64,000 bases of DNA. It comes from Squalus acanthias (taxonomy: Eukaryota). This document shows positions 12,182 through 23,251 of the stretch, in pieces. Position 1 is the stretch's first letter; each line of letters opens with the position of its first letter. Below the pieces are notes generated by a model, which searched no databases, had not been told where the DNA came from, and worked only from the letters and a program-made list of their open reading frames with translations. The stretch spans positions 47,184,001-47,248,000 of the forward strand of contig CM059432.1 of NCBI GenBank assembly GCA_030390025.1, in the 5' to 3' direction. The position numbers were made by a program, and so were the translations under genes.

Positions 12182-13647
12182 ATAGCTGTTCCAGTACAGC
12201 TACAACACTGGCATCTATCCGACAATGTGGAAAACTGCCCAGGTATGTCCTGTCCACAAAAAGCAGGACAAATCCAATCCGGTCTACTCTCAATCATCAG
12301 CAAAGTGATGGAAGGTGTCATCAACAGTGCTATCAAGCGGCACTTACTCACCATTAACCTGCTCACTGATGCCCAGTTTGGGTTCCACCAAGACCGCTTG
12401 GCTCCCGACCTCATTACAGCCTTGGTCCAAACATGGACAAAGGAGCTGAATTCCAGAGGTGAGGTGAGAGTGACTGCCCTTGACATCAAGGCAACATTTG
12501 ACCGAGTGTGGCATCAAGGAGCCCTAGTAAAACTGAAGTAAATGGGAATCAGGGGGAAACTTTCCACTGGCTGGAGTCATACCTAGCACAAAGGAAGATG
12601 GTTGTGGTGGTTGAAGGTCAATCATCACAGCCCCAGGACATCGCTGCAGGAGTTCCTCAGGGCAGTGTCCTAGGCCCAACCATCTTCAGCTGCTTCATCA
12701 ATGACCTTCCCTCCAACATAAGGTCAGAAATGGGGATGTTCGCTGATGACTGCACAGTGTTCAATGCCATTCACAACTCCTCAGATAATGAAGCAGTCCA
12801 TGCCCGCATGCAACAAGACCTGGATGATGTTCAGGCTTGGGCTGATAAGTGGCAGGTAACATTCACGCCACTGAAGTGCCAGGCAAGGACTATGTCCAAC
12901 AAGCGAGAGTCTAACGACCTCCTCTTGACATTCAACGGCATTACCATCGCCGAATCCCCCACCATCAACACCCTGGGGGTCACCATTGACCAGAAACTTA
13001 ACTGGACCAGCCACATAAATACTGTGGCAACAAGAGCAGGTCAGAAGCTAGGTATCCTGTGGTGAGTGTCTCACCTCCTGACTCCCCAAAGCCTTTCCAC
13101 CATCTACAAGGCACAAGTAAGGAGTGTGATGGAATACTCACCACTTGCCTGGACAAGTGCAGCTCCAACAACACTCAAGAAGCTCGACACCATCCAGGAC
13201 AAAGCAGCCCGCTTGATTGGCACCCCATCCACCACCTTAAACATTCACTCCCTCCACCACCAGCGTACTGTGGCTGCAGTGTTTACCATCTACAAGATGC
13301 ACTGCAGCAACTTGCCAAGGCTTCTTCGGCAGCACCTCCCAAACCCGCGACCTCTTCGACCTAGAAGGACAAGGGCAGCAGGTGCATGGGAACACCACCA
13401 CCTCCAAGTTCCCCTCAAAGTCACATACCATCCTGACTTAGAAGTATATTGCCGATCCTTCATCGTCGCTGGGTCAAAATCCTGGAACTCCCTACCTAAC
13501 AGCACTGTGGGAGTACCTTCACAACACGGACTGCAGCTGTTCAAGAAGGCGGCTCACCACCACCTTCTCAAGGGCAATTAGGGATGGACAATAAATGCTG
13601 GCCTTGCCAGCGACTCCCACATCACATAAAAACAAATTTTTTAAAAA
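12182..13647 (+). mobile_element. Poly(A)-tailed CR1/L2-group LINE (family C), 3' half
   Basis: RT motifs [32 protein letters not shown]-terminal SWNSLP..FKKAAHHHLLKGN*. AATAAA and A-rich tail. Confidence 0.88.
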
Positions 13648-14185
13648 TACAAATTTATGCATAACCCACTTCTTGAATATCATATTGAATATCAAATAAT
13701 ATTTTCTTTGTTTTATTTTCCTTTCACTAATTGGATGTTTGAAACTCTCTTGGTGATAGGGTTTAAAGCTTTTTACATATAAATGTAATCAGTGTATGAA
13801 AACAGATCTTAACCCATAGCTCCTCTTTCCCGTTCATTAAGATTGAGAATAACAGATACAGAATAGACACTTCAAACAATGTTGGATCTTTAGTTTCTAA
13901 TTCGACAACGCTAGATTAACCCTAATAGTGCCAAAACTCATCACTTCAATGGGATATATAGTATTTATTTTACTATCAGCAAAAATAAATGAATGATGGA
14001 GCAGGTTATAATATTAGCTGTGCAGTTGATATTTCTAGCTGTACTATCAAAGATTAATGAGAGAATTACCTCTTCAATAAAGTATTCCATACTGGCAGCT
14101 GCTTTAGGTGACATTGCTTTACTCAACATAGGTTTGCAAGAAAGGAAGTATTTGTTTCCTTCCAGAAATCATATTCAAGGCTAAC

Positions 14186-14276
14186 CATGTTATTTGGCAA
14201 ATTGTATATATCGGAAATGTCATCCCCGTTGCTATTAACTTCAATAAAAAAAGACCAGACTATGCCAGTACACTTC
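14186..14276 (-). other. Candidate exon (xKCTGIVWSFFIEVNSNGDDISDIYNLPNNM)
   Basis: cttactttccaacag| 91 nt, open in one frame |gttagc. No homologue recognised. Confidence 0.3.
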
Positions 14277-15289
14277 CTGTTGGAAAGTAAGCACTAAAAT
14301 TCAAGCACAGACCATTATGTCAATGATGTCACGGTGATTGTGAATTTAGTTTATATGCTAATCAGAGAGACCGCTGATATTTCGCTAATTTAAATATGTA
14401 GCGAAGAAATATAGCTTTGTAATAAACTACTGCTACTATTAATGAAACATTAATGAAATGATGGGAATGAAACAGTTTTTTTCAGTACAATACAAAGCAA
14501 GTGCCTGAAGGCAAATGGCCTACTAATTAAAACATTTTATAAATTAACATGCTTCTATCATGCAGGAACCAGTAATTCAACTTGCTACTCCATGAGCCTA
14601 AAAATATAATCTTCATGCAGAGCTATAATTTAATAAGTGGTTTATTTTAAGTCCCAGAAGAAACAACACCTAAAGGGAATTGATAAATCTTTACAGTAAG
14701 GGCTTAAACTATTATTTGGATTTTCAATTAGATTAAGGAGACTTCAACCATTTTCAACATTGTTCATATCCTCCCTTTAAGGTATATATTATTTTAGTAA
14801 TAAAATTAAGAAGATTCATTCAGAAAACTTATTGGAGACTTGCTGAGATTGTAGACCCAGAATAATAGCTTTCCAGTAGATTTACTTGACTAATCTTCTC
14901 CCATGCAGAATTATATGGTCAGCATTGTGATAGAAAATTCACTAATTGCAAATCCTGCAATTTGCAACATAAAATTGAAACTCTCAGACTTAAAAATAAA
15001 ATTAGACTCTGTGGATTTAGCCCAGTCGGTGCCATCTGGAAAAATTGCTTTAGTTTCCTTGAAAGGATTATGGCAGTGGCCATTAAACTTAAACAAATAG
15101 GAGCAGGAGTAGGCCACTCGGCCCTTCGAGCCTGCTCCGCCATTCAATATGATCATGGCTGATCCTCTCTCTCAATACCATATTCCCCCTCTCTCCCCAT
15201 ACCCCTTGATGCCTCTTGTGTCTAGAAATCTATCTATCTCCTTCTTAAATATATTGTGAGAAGTCGCACAACACCAGGTTATAGTCCAA

Positions 15290-16182
15290 GGGGTAGAAAT
15301 TAGGTCGCGCCCCATTTGGGGCGCAAATATCGTCTGGACGCAAATATTAGCGCCTGGCGCTAATTATCGGCACTGACTGGAAACTTCACTTTTACCGCCC
15401 CGGGAGGTGAGTGGAGCGCTAAAGCAGGCGCTGCACACCTGTCTTAAGGCGCAAAGGCCAAGGAGTGAGGCGCTAACTCAGAGCGCTGGCGAAGCTCATG
15501 TAATGTCAGTCAGCAATGGAACACACACACAATGGCACGGGCCAGTTCTTAAAGGGGATGGTTAATCTTGCTTTCCATCCACATCCTGTTCATTGCAGCC
15601 TTGAATCTCGGCCTGGAGAGACTTGCACATCAAATGTGCTGGAAAGAACAATGGAGAGTACCAGGCAAAGAGCTCAGAGTGCAGCTCCCACAGTCTCTGC
15701 TAAATCGATACAAGGAATGGCAAATCAAAATGAACCTGCAAAGTGCTGCTCAGTACCCAAAACTCCTTCACACAACGTTGAATCTCTCCAGAAGTCTCTC
15801 CCTCTCTCTCTCAGAATGCATAGTTCAAAAATGCCACCAACAATAAAAGACAGGAAGAGGCCCCCTTTAAATAGCGCCACCCCCAGCCCCACAGCGATTG
15901 ATAGCGTTCCAGTCTTCTGGTCGTTGGATGCGCCAGGCGGTAAGGCAGGGGGCGCCACTCAATTTCCGCTCCGGGGCGCCACAAGGGCGTTGCACCATGG
16001 AATTACGTCACAATCTGCGCGCGCAGGTGGTCGCAGCGGTAAGTTTTAGCGCCGCCGCACAATCTCAAGTTAAGTTCTCGAGCGGCGCAAACATCGCTGC
16101 GCCCGGGCGTTAGCGGCTTTGCGCCCCATTAGCGCCCTCTTAAGGCGCTAACGGGAGGCGCAACCAACTGAATTTTTATCCC
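15290..16182. mobile_element. Non-autonomous PIF/Harbinger-type element nested in the PLE terminus
   Basis: TIRs GGGGTAGAAATT and (reverse complement) GGGATAAAAATT. 3-bp TSD CAA. GC-rich subterminal GGCGC motifs. Removing it restores atagtccaacag. Confidence 0.75.
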
Positions 16183-16200
16183 CAACAGTTTTATTTGAAA

Positions 16201-16238
16201 TCACAAGCTTTCGGAGCTGCTGCCCCTTCGTCAGGTGA
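16201..16238 (-). ncRNA. Minimal hammerhead ribozyme motif (PLE family P2)
   Basis: Minus strand reads TCAC-CTGACGA-A-GGGGC AGCA GCTCC-GAAAGCTT-GTGA: stem I TCAC/GTGA, 5-bp stem II, palindromic AAGCTT. Confidence 0.8.
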
Positions 16239-19200
16239 AGTGAAGGATTACGAATCGGCAAAGCATATATAGACAGAGAACAATGCCTGTGTAGCGTACA
16301 ATCTCAGACGACTACAGTTAATCTATCTGACTGCCTTTCATCACACCTCGGCAGAGAAACAATCAGGTCAGCCAGGAAGGCACCACATCAAAGACATAGC
16401 AAGATACAACTGAGACAATGAGGTGGGGTCACGGGGGTCTAATGTGTCAAATGCAGTCTGTATGGAAAACCATAAACTTTAAAATTTTTACTTTTTTTTA
16501 CTGGAAATCACATCTGTGAACAAGCCAACGACGACTCGAGTCTGGATGACTCTACGTCGTGTAGTGTGACATGAACCCAAGATCTCGGTTGAGGCCGTCC
16601 TCATGGGTGCGGAACTTGGCTATCAGTTTCTGCTCGATGATTTTGCGTTGTCGTGTGTCTCGAAGGCCGCCTTGGAGAACGCTTACCCGCAGATCCGAGG
16701 CTGAATGTCCTTGACTGCTGAAGTGTTCCCCGACTGGGAGGTAACAATCCTGCCTGGTGATTGTTGTGCGGTGTCCGTTCATACGTTGTCTCAGTGTCTG
16801 CATGGTCTCGCCGATGTACCATGCTCCGGTGCATCCTTTCCTGCAACGTATGAGGTAGACAACATTGGGCGAGTCACTTGAGTATGTACCATGCAACTGG
16901 TGGGTAGTGTCCTCACGTGTGATGATGATATCTGTGTTGATGATCTGGCATGTCTTGCAGAGGTTGCCGTGGCAGGGTTGTGTGGTGTCGTGGTTGCTGT
17001 TATCCTGAAAGCTGGGTAATTTGCTGCGAACGATGGTACTTTTGAGGTTAGGCGGCTGTTTGAAGGCGAGTAGTGGAGGCGTGGGGATGGCCTTAGCGAG
17101 GTGTTCGTCGTCATCGATGACATGTTGAAGGCTGCGAAGAAATATATTCAGTGACTTGGCCTCCACAGCTTTCTGTAGTAGAGAATTCCACAGGTTCACC
17201 ACCCTCTGAGTGAAGAAATTTCTCCTCATCTCAGTCCCAAATGTCCTACCCCGTTTCCTGAGACTGTGACCCCTCGTTCTCGTCCCCCCAGCCAGGGGAA
17301 ACATCCTCGCTGCATCTAGTCTGTCTAGCCCTGTCAGACTTTTATACGTTTCAATGAGATCCCCTCTCATTCTTCTAAACTCTAGTGAATACAGGCCTAG
17401 TCGACCCAATCTCTCATAGAAGCATAGAATATAGGAGCAGCAGTAGGCCATTCGGCCCCTCTAGCCTGCTCCGCCATTTAATGAGATCATGGCTGATCAT
17501 CCAAATTCAGTACCCTCTCCCTGCTTTCTCCCCATATCCCTTGATCCCTTTAGCCTTAAGAAATATATCTATCTCCTTCTTGAATATATTTAATGAATTG
17601 GCCTCAACTGCCTTCTGTGGTAGAGAATTCGACAGGTTCACCACTCTCTGGGTGAAGAAATTCCTCCTCATCTCAGTCCTAAATGGCTTACCCCTTATCC
17701 TTAGACTGTGACCTTTGGTTCTGGACTCCCCCGCCATCATAACATCCTTCCTGCATCTAGTCTGTCTAGTCCTGTTAGAATTTTATAAATTTCAATGAGA
17801 TTCCCTCTCATTCTTCTAAACTCTAGCGAATATAAGCCTAATCGACCCAATCTCTCTTCATACGTCATTCCTGCCATCCCAGGTATCAGTCTGGTAAATC
17901 TTCGCTGCACTCCCTCCATGGCAAGAACACCCTTCCTCAGATAAGGCGACCAAAACTGCACACAATACTCAAGGTGTGGTCTCACCAAGGCCCTGTACAA
18001 CTGCAGCAAGACATCCTTGCTCCTGTACTCAAATCCTCTCGCTGTGAAGGCCAACATACCATTTGCCTTCTTAACCGCCTGCTGCATCTGCATGCTTACC
18101 TTCAGGACTCCCAGATCTCGTTGCACTTCCCCTTTTCCCAATCTATTGCCGTTCAGATAATAATCTGTCTTCCTGTTTTTGCCACCAAAGTGAATAACCT
18201 CACATTTATCCACATTATACTGCATCTGCCATGCATCTGCCCAATCACCCAACCTGTCCAAATCATACTGGAGTTTCTCTGCATCCTCCTCACAGCACAC
18301 ACGCCCACCCAGCTTTGTGTCATCTGCAAACTTGGAGATATTACATCTAGTTCCCTCGTCTAGATCATTAATATATATTGTGAATAGCTGGATCTTAGCA
18401 CCGATCCCTGCGGTACCCCACTAGTCACTGCCTGCCACTCGGAAAAAGATCCGTTTATTCCAACTCTTTGCTTCCTGTCTGCCAACCAGTTCTCTATCCA
18501 AATCAGTACCTGACCCCCAATCCCATGTGCTTTAACTTTGCACGCTAATCTCTTATGCGGGACCTTATCGAAAGCCTTCTGAAAGTCCAAATACACCACA
18601 TCCACTGGTTCTCCCTTATCTATTCTACCAGTTACATCCTCAAAAAATTCCAGTAGATTAGTCAAGCATGATTTACCTTTTGTAAATCCATGTTGACTTT
18701 GTTCGATCCTGTCACTGTTTTCCAAGTGCTCTGCTATTACATCTTTTATAATGGACTCTAGCATTTTCCCCACTACCGATGTCAGGCTTACCGGTCTATA
18801 ATTCCCTGTTTTTTCTCTACCACCTTTTTTGAATAGTGGGGTTACATTAGCTACCCTCCAATCCATGGGAACTGTTACAGAATCTATAGAATTTTGAAAG
18901 ATGACCAGCAATGCATCTACTATTTCTAGGGCCACTTCCTCAAGTACCCTAGGATGTAGATTATCAGGCCCTGGGGATTTATCGGCCTTCAATCCCGTCA
19001 ATTTCCCTAACACCATTTCCCTACAAATACTGATTTCATTCAATTCCTCCCTCTCATTAGACCCTATGTTCCCCGACATCTCTGGGAGGTTATTTGTGTC
19101 CTCCTTTGTGAAGACAGAACCAAAGTATGTATTTAATTGGTCTGCCATTTCTTTGTTCCCCATTATAAATTCCCCTGATTCTGACTGCAAGGGACCTACG

Positions 19201-19870
19201 CTTGACTTCATCAATCTTTTTCTCTTCACATATCTATAGAAGCTTTTACAGTCAGTTTTTATGTTCCCTGAAAGCTTACTCTCATATTCTATTTTCCCCC
19301 TCTTAATTAATCCCTTTGTCCTCCTTTGCTGAATCCTAAACTGCTCCTAATCCTCAGGTTTGCTGCTTTTTCTGGCCAATTTATATGTCCTCTCCTTGGA
19401 TCTTATGCTATCCCTAATTTCCCTTGTTAGCCACGGTTGAGTCACCTTTTTTGTTTTATTTTTATGCCCAACAGGGATGAACAAATTATGTAGTTCATCC
19501 ATGCGATCTTTAAATGTTTGCCATTGCCTATCCACCATCAACCCTTTAAGTAACGCTCCCCAATCCATCCATGCCAACTCGCGCCTCATACCATCGTAGT
19601 TTCCTTTATTTAAATTCAGGACCCAAGTCTCTGAGTCAACTACTTCACTCTCCATCTTAATGAAGAATTCTATCATATTATGATCGCTCCTCCCCAAGGG
19701 GCCTCGCACAACAAGATTGCTAATTAATCCTTTCTCATTACATAATACCCAGTCTAAGATGGCCTGATCTCTAGTTGGTTCCTCACATATTGGTCCAGGA
19801 AACCATCCCGTATACACTCTAGGAGTTCCTCCTCCACAGTATTGTTACTAATTTGGTTAGCCCAATCTAT

Positions 19871-20088
19871 CACAGAATCCCCACAATGCAGATGGAGGCC
19901 ATTTCGGCCCATCGAGCCTGCACCGACACATATCCCACCCTATCACCGTAACCCCACGTATTTAATCCCCCTAACACTAAGGGTCAATTTATCATAGCCA
20001 AATCAACCTAACCCGCACATCTTTGGACTGTGGGAGCAAACCGGAGCACCCGGAGGAAACCCACGCAGACACGGGGAGAATGTGCAAA
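19871..20088 (-). mobile_element. HE1-like V-SINE, 5'-truncated, inside the CR1 endonuclease domain
   Basis: V-domain-like gtttgcacattctccccgtgtctgcgtgggtttcctccgggtgctccggtt on the minus strand. CR1-type 3' end. Duplication CTAT at 19867-19870 and 20089-20092. Confidence 0.85.
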
Positions 20089-20547
20089 CTATATCTGGAT
20101 TAAAGTCACCCATGATAACTGCTGTGCCCTTATTGCACGCGTCTGTAATTTCCCATTTAATGCCATCCCCAACCTCAGCATTATTGTTTGGTGGTCTGTA
20201 TATAACTCCCACGAATGTTTTCTGCCCCTTGGTATTTCTCAGCTCTACCCATACAGATTCCACATCATCAGAGCTAATATCCTTCCTTACTATTGTGTTA
20301 ATCACCTCTATAACCAGCAATGCTACCCACCTTATTACGAATGCTCCTCGCATTAAGACACAAAGCCTTCAGGCTTGTTTTTTTAACACACTTAGTCCTT
20401 TTAGAATTATTATTTACTGTAGCCCTGTTGATTTACACCCTTGATTTCTCTGCCTTCCACTTTTGCTTTTCTCCTTCCTGTCTTTTGCTGCTATCCTTGC
20501 TTCCCTTTCCTCTGTTTCCCTGCACAGGTTCCCAACCCCCTGCCATT

Positions 20548-21498
20548 TTAGTTTAAACCCTCCCCAACAGCACTAGCAAACACTCCCCCTAGGACATCGG
20601 TCCCGGTCCTGCCCAGGTGCAAACCGTCCAGTTTGTACTGGTCCCACTTCCCCCAGAACTGGTTCCAATGTCCCAGGAATTTGAATCCCTCCCCCTTGCA
20701 CCATTCCTCTAGCCACGTATTCATCTGAAATATCCTTCTATTTCTACTCTGACTAGCATGTGGCACCGGTAGCAATCCTGAGATTACTACCTTTGAGGTC
20801 CTATTTTTTAATTTACCTCCTAACTCCCTATATTCAGCTTTTAGGACCTCATCCCGTTTTTTACCTTTATCGTTGGTACCTATATGCACCACGACAACTG
20901 GCTGTTTACCCTCCCCCTCCAGAATGCCCTGCAGCCGCTCCAAGACATCCTTGACCCTTGCACCAGGGAGGCTACATACCAACCTGGAGTCTCGTTTGCG
21001 GCCGCAGAAACACCTATCTATTCCCCTTACAATAGAATCCCCTATCACTTTAGCTTTCCCACTCTTTTTCCTCCCATCCTGTGCAGCAGAACCAACCATG
21101 GTGCCAGGAAGTTGGCTGCTGCTGCCTTCTCCCAATAAGCCATTTCCCTCAACAATATCCAAAGTGGTATATCTGTTTGAGAGGGGGATGGCCACAGGGG
21201 ACCCCTGCACTACCTGCCTGCGCTTACTACTCTGTCTGGTGGTCACCCATTCCCTTCCTGCCTGTGCAGCCTTTACCTGCGGTGTGACCAACTCCCTAAA
21301 CGTGCTATCCACGATGTCCTCAGCATCGCAAATGCTCCAGTATGCATCCATTCGCAGCTCCAGCGCCGCAATGCGATCTGCCAGTAGCTGCAGCTGGATA
21401 CACTTCCCGCACACATGGTCAACAGGGACACAGGAAGTGTCCCTGATTTCTCACATAGTGCAGGAGGAGCATGCCACAGGGCCAAGCTGTGCTGCCAT
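20548..21498 (-). pseudogene. CR1 ORF1: Cys zinc finger, coiled coil and SGNH esterase, with one premature stop near the N-terminus
   Basis: MAAQLGPVACSSCTM*EI..CGKC; GDSIVRG, LPGA, VVHIGTND and DGLHL (SGNH blocks). Confidence 0.85.
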
Positions 21499-21816
21499 GA
21501 CTTACCCTTTTAATTAATTTAAATTAACTCAAATCAATACCACAAATTACACTACAATTACATGATATACTCAAGGACCCTTGTATACTAGCTCTCCCTG
21601 CTACACAACAGAGACCTTAGAAACTATAACCACAAAAAGTAGGACCTTCTAAACTTTATAAACTATTAACCTTAACTGTCAAACTACAGAGTAGTATAAA
21701 TACTCACCTGGCCGTACTCACCCAATCAGCTGCTTCCTCTTGTCAGCGTCAATTTTTGAATAGTGACGTGGCTCTGGAACGCCGCTGCTGGTCTGTGAGA
21801 TTGGTACGCCTCTGAC

Positions 21817-22105
21817 AAAAAGCCCGCGGAAGTGAACTTAAATACTCACTGTGCTGCTGCTCTCTCCGCTCCCGACACTGGCCTCTGAAAAAAAGCCCGC
21901 GAAAGTGAGTTTAAATACTCACTGTGCTGCTGCTCTCTCCGCTCCCGACACCGGCCTCTGTAAAAAAGCCCGCGAAAGTGAGTTTAACTACTCACTGTGC
22001 TGCTGCTCTCTCCGCTCCCGACACCGGCCTCTGTAAAAAAGCCCGCGAAGTGAGTTTAAATACTTACTGTGCTGCTGCTCTCTCCGCTCCCAACACTGGC
22101 CTCTG
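21817..22105. repeat. Four tandem ~72-73-bp monomers at the CR1 5' end
   Basis: Unit: aaaaagcccgcgaaagtgagtttaaatactcactgtgctgctgctctctccgctcccgacaccggcctctgt. Confidence 0.95.
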
Positions 22106-23251
22106 TCTGGTGAACCTTCGCTGCAATCCCTCTATGGCAAGTATTTTATTTCTTAGGTAAGGAGACCAGGGTGGTCTCACCAAGGCCCTGTATAACTGTA
22201 GTAAGACATCCTTGCTCCTGTACTCAAATCCTCTTGCAATGAAGGCCAACATACCATTTGCCTTCCTAACTGCTTGCTGCACCTGCATGTTTGCTTTCAG
22301 TGACTGGTGTACAAGGACACCCAGGTCCCTTTGCACATCAACATTTCCCAATCTATCACCATTTAAATAATACTCTGCCTTTCTGTATTTTCTACCGAAG
22401 TGGATAACTTCACATTTATCCACGTTATACTGCATCTGCCATGTATTTGCCCACTCACTCAACTTGTCTAAATCGCCTTGAAGCCTCTTTGCATCCTTCT
22501 CACAACTCACAATCCCACCTAGTTTCGTGTTGTCAGCAAACTTGGAAATATTACAATTGGTTCCCTCATCCAAATCATTGATATATATTGTGAATAGCTG
22601 GGGCCCAAGCACTGATCCCTGCCGTACCCCACTAGTCATCGCCTGCCACTCCAAAAAAAGACCCATTTATTCCTACTCTCTGTTTCCTGTCTGTTAACCA
22701 ATTTTCAATCCATGCCAGTATATTACCCCCAATCCCATGTGCTTTAATTTTGCACACTAACCTCTTATGTGGGACTTTATCAAAGGCCTTCTGAAAATCC
22801 AAATGCACCACATCCACTGGTTCTCCCTTATCTATCCTACCAGTTACATCCTCAAAAACTCCAGTTGGTTTGTCAAACACGATTTCCCTTTCATAAATCC
22901 ATGTTGACTCTGTCTAATCCCATTGATATTTTCTAAGTGTCCTGTTATCACATCCTTTATAATAGACTCTAGCATTTTCCCTACTACTGATGTTAGGCTA
23001 ACCGGTCTGTAGTTCCCTGTTTTCTCTCTCCCTCCTTTTTTAAACAGTGGGGTTACATTTGCCACCCTCCAATCTGCAGGAACTGTTCCATAATCTATAG
23101 AATTTTGGAAGATGACAACCAATGCATCCACTATTTCCATGGCTACCTCTTTTAGTACTCTGGGATGCTTGAAATTAGATAAACTTAATAAAAGGATTGC
23201 TAAAGGTACTGGCTAGTTTGTGCAGATACCTTAAGAGCTATGCTGGATAAT

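Larger units (their letters stand above)
15256..17139 (-). mobile_element. Penelope-like element (family P2), 5'-truncated, GIY-YIG region open
   Basis: ORF 16552-17139 includes NVVYLIRC..C..YIGET..LRQRMNGHR..HFS..H..EQKLI..GLNRD. 9-bp TSD AAATATATT at 15247-15255 and 17140-17148. Confidence 0.9.
17415..22105 (-). mobile_element. Near-full-length CR1 LINE (family B) with 5'UTR, ORF1, decayed ORF2 and 3' tail
   Basis: ORF1 at 20548-21498. EN motifs GVIYRPP, MGDFN, SDHN. RT at 18360-19229 and 17737-18300. C-terminus at 17507-17740. Repeated 5'UTR. Confidence 0.92.
15095..23168 (-). mobile_element. CR1 LINE (host copy D) split into three pieces: 15095-15255, 17140-17416 and 22105-23168
   Basis: The pieces are collinear with the same-family copy at 55423-58753. 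RT ORF pieces at 22064-22666, 22632-22880 and 22844-23140. Confidence 0.85.

Noticed and set aside
15516..16049. 177-aa ORF in the Harbinger-type MITE
   Set aside because: It has no transposase or Myb motif, and the GC-rich sequence explains the lack of stops.
16552..17451. 299-aa ORF fusing a CR1 C-terminus to a GIY-YIG nuclease, as a possible novel gene
   Set aside because: It is a chance in-frame read-through across insertion junctions (CR1 tail, CR1, PLE) marked by a TSD.
21817..22105. CRISPR-like array (repeats with internal palindromes)
   Set aside because: The units are contiguous with no unique spacers, there are no cas genes, the context is eukaryotic, and the array is the 5' end of a CR1.
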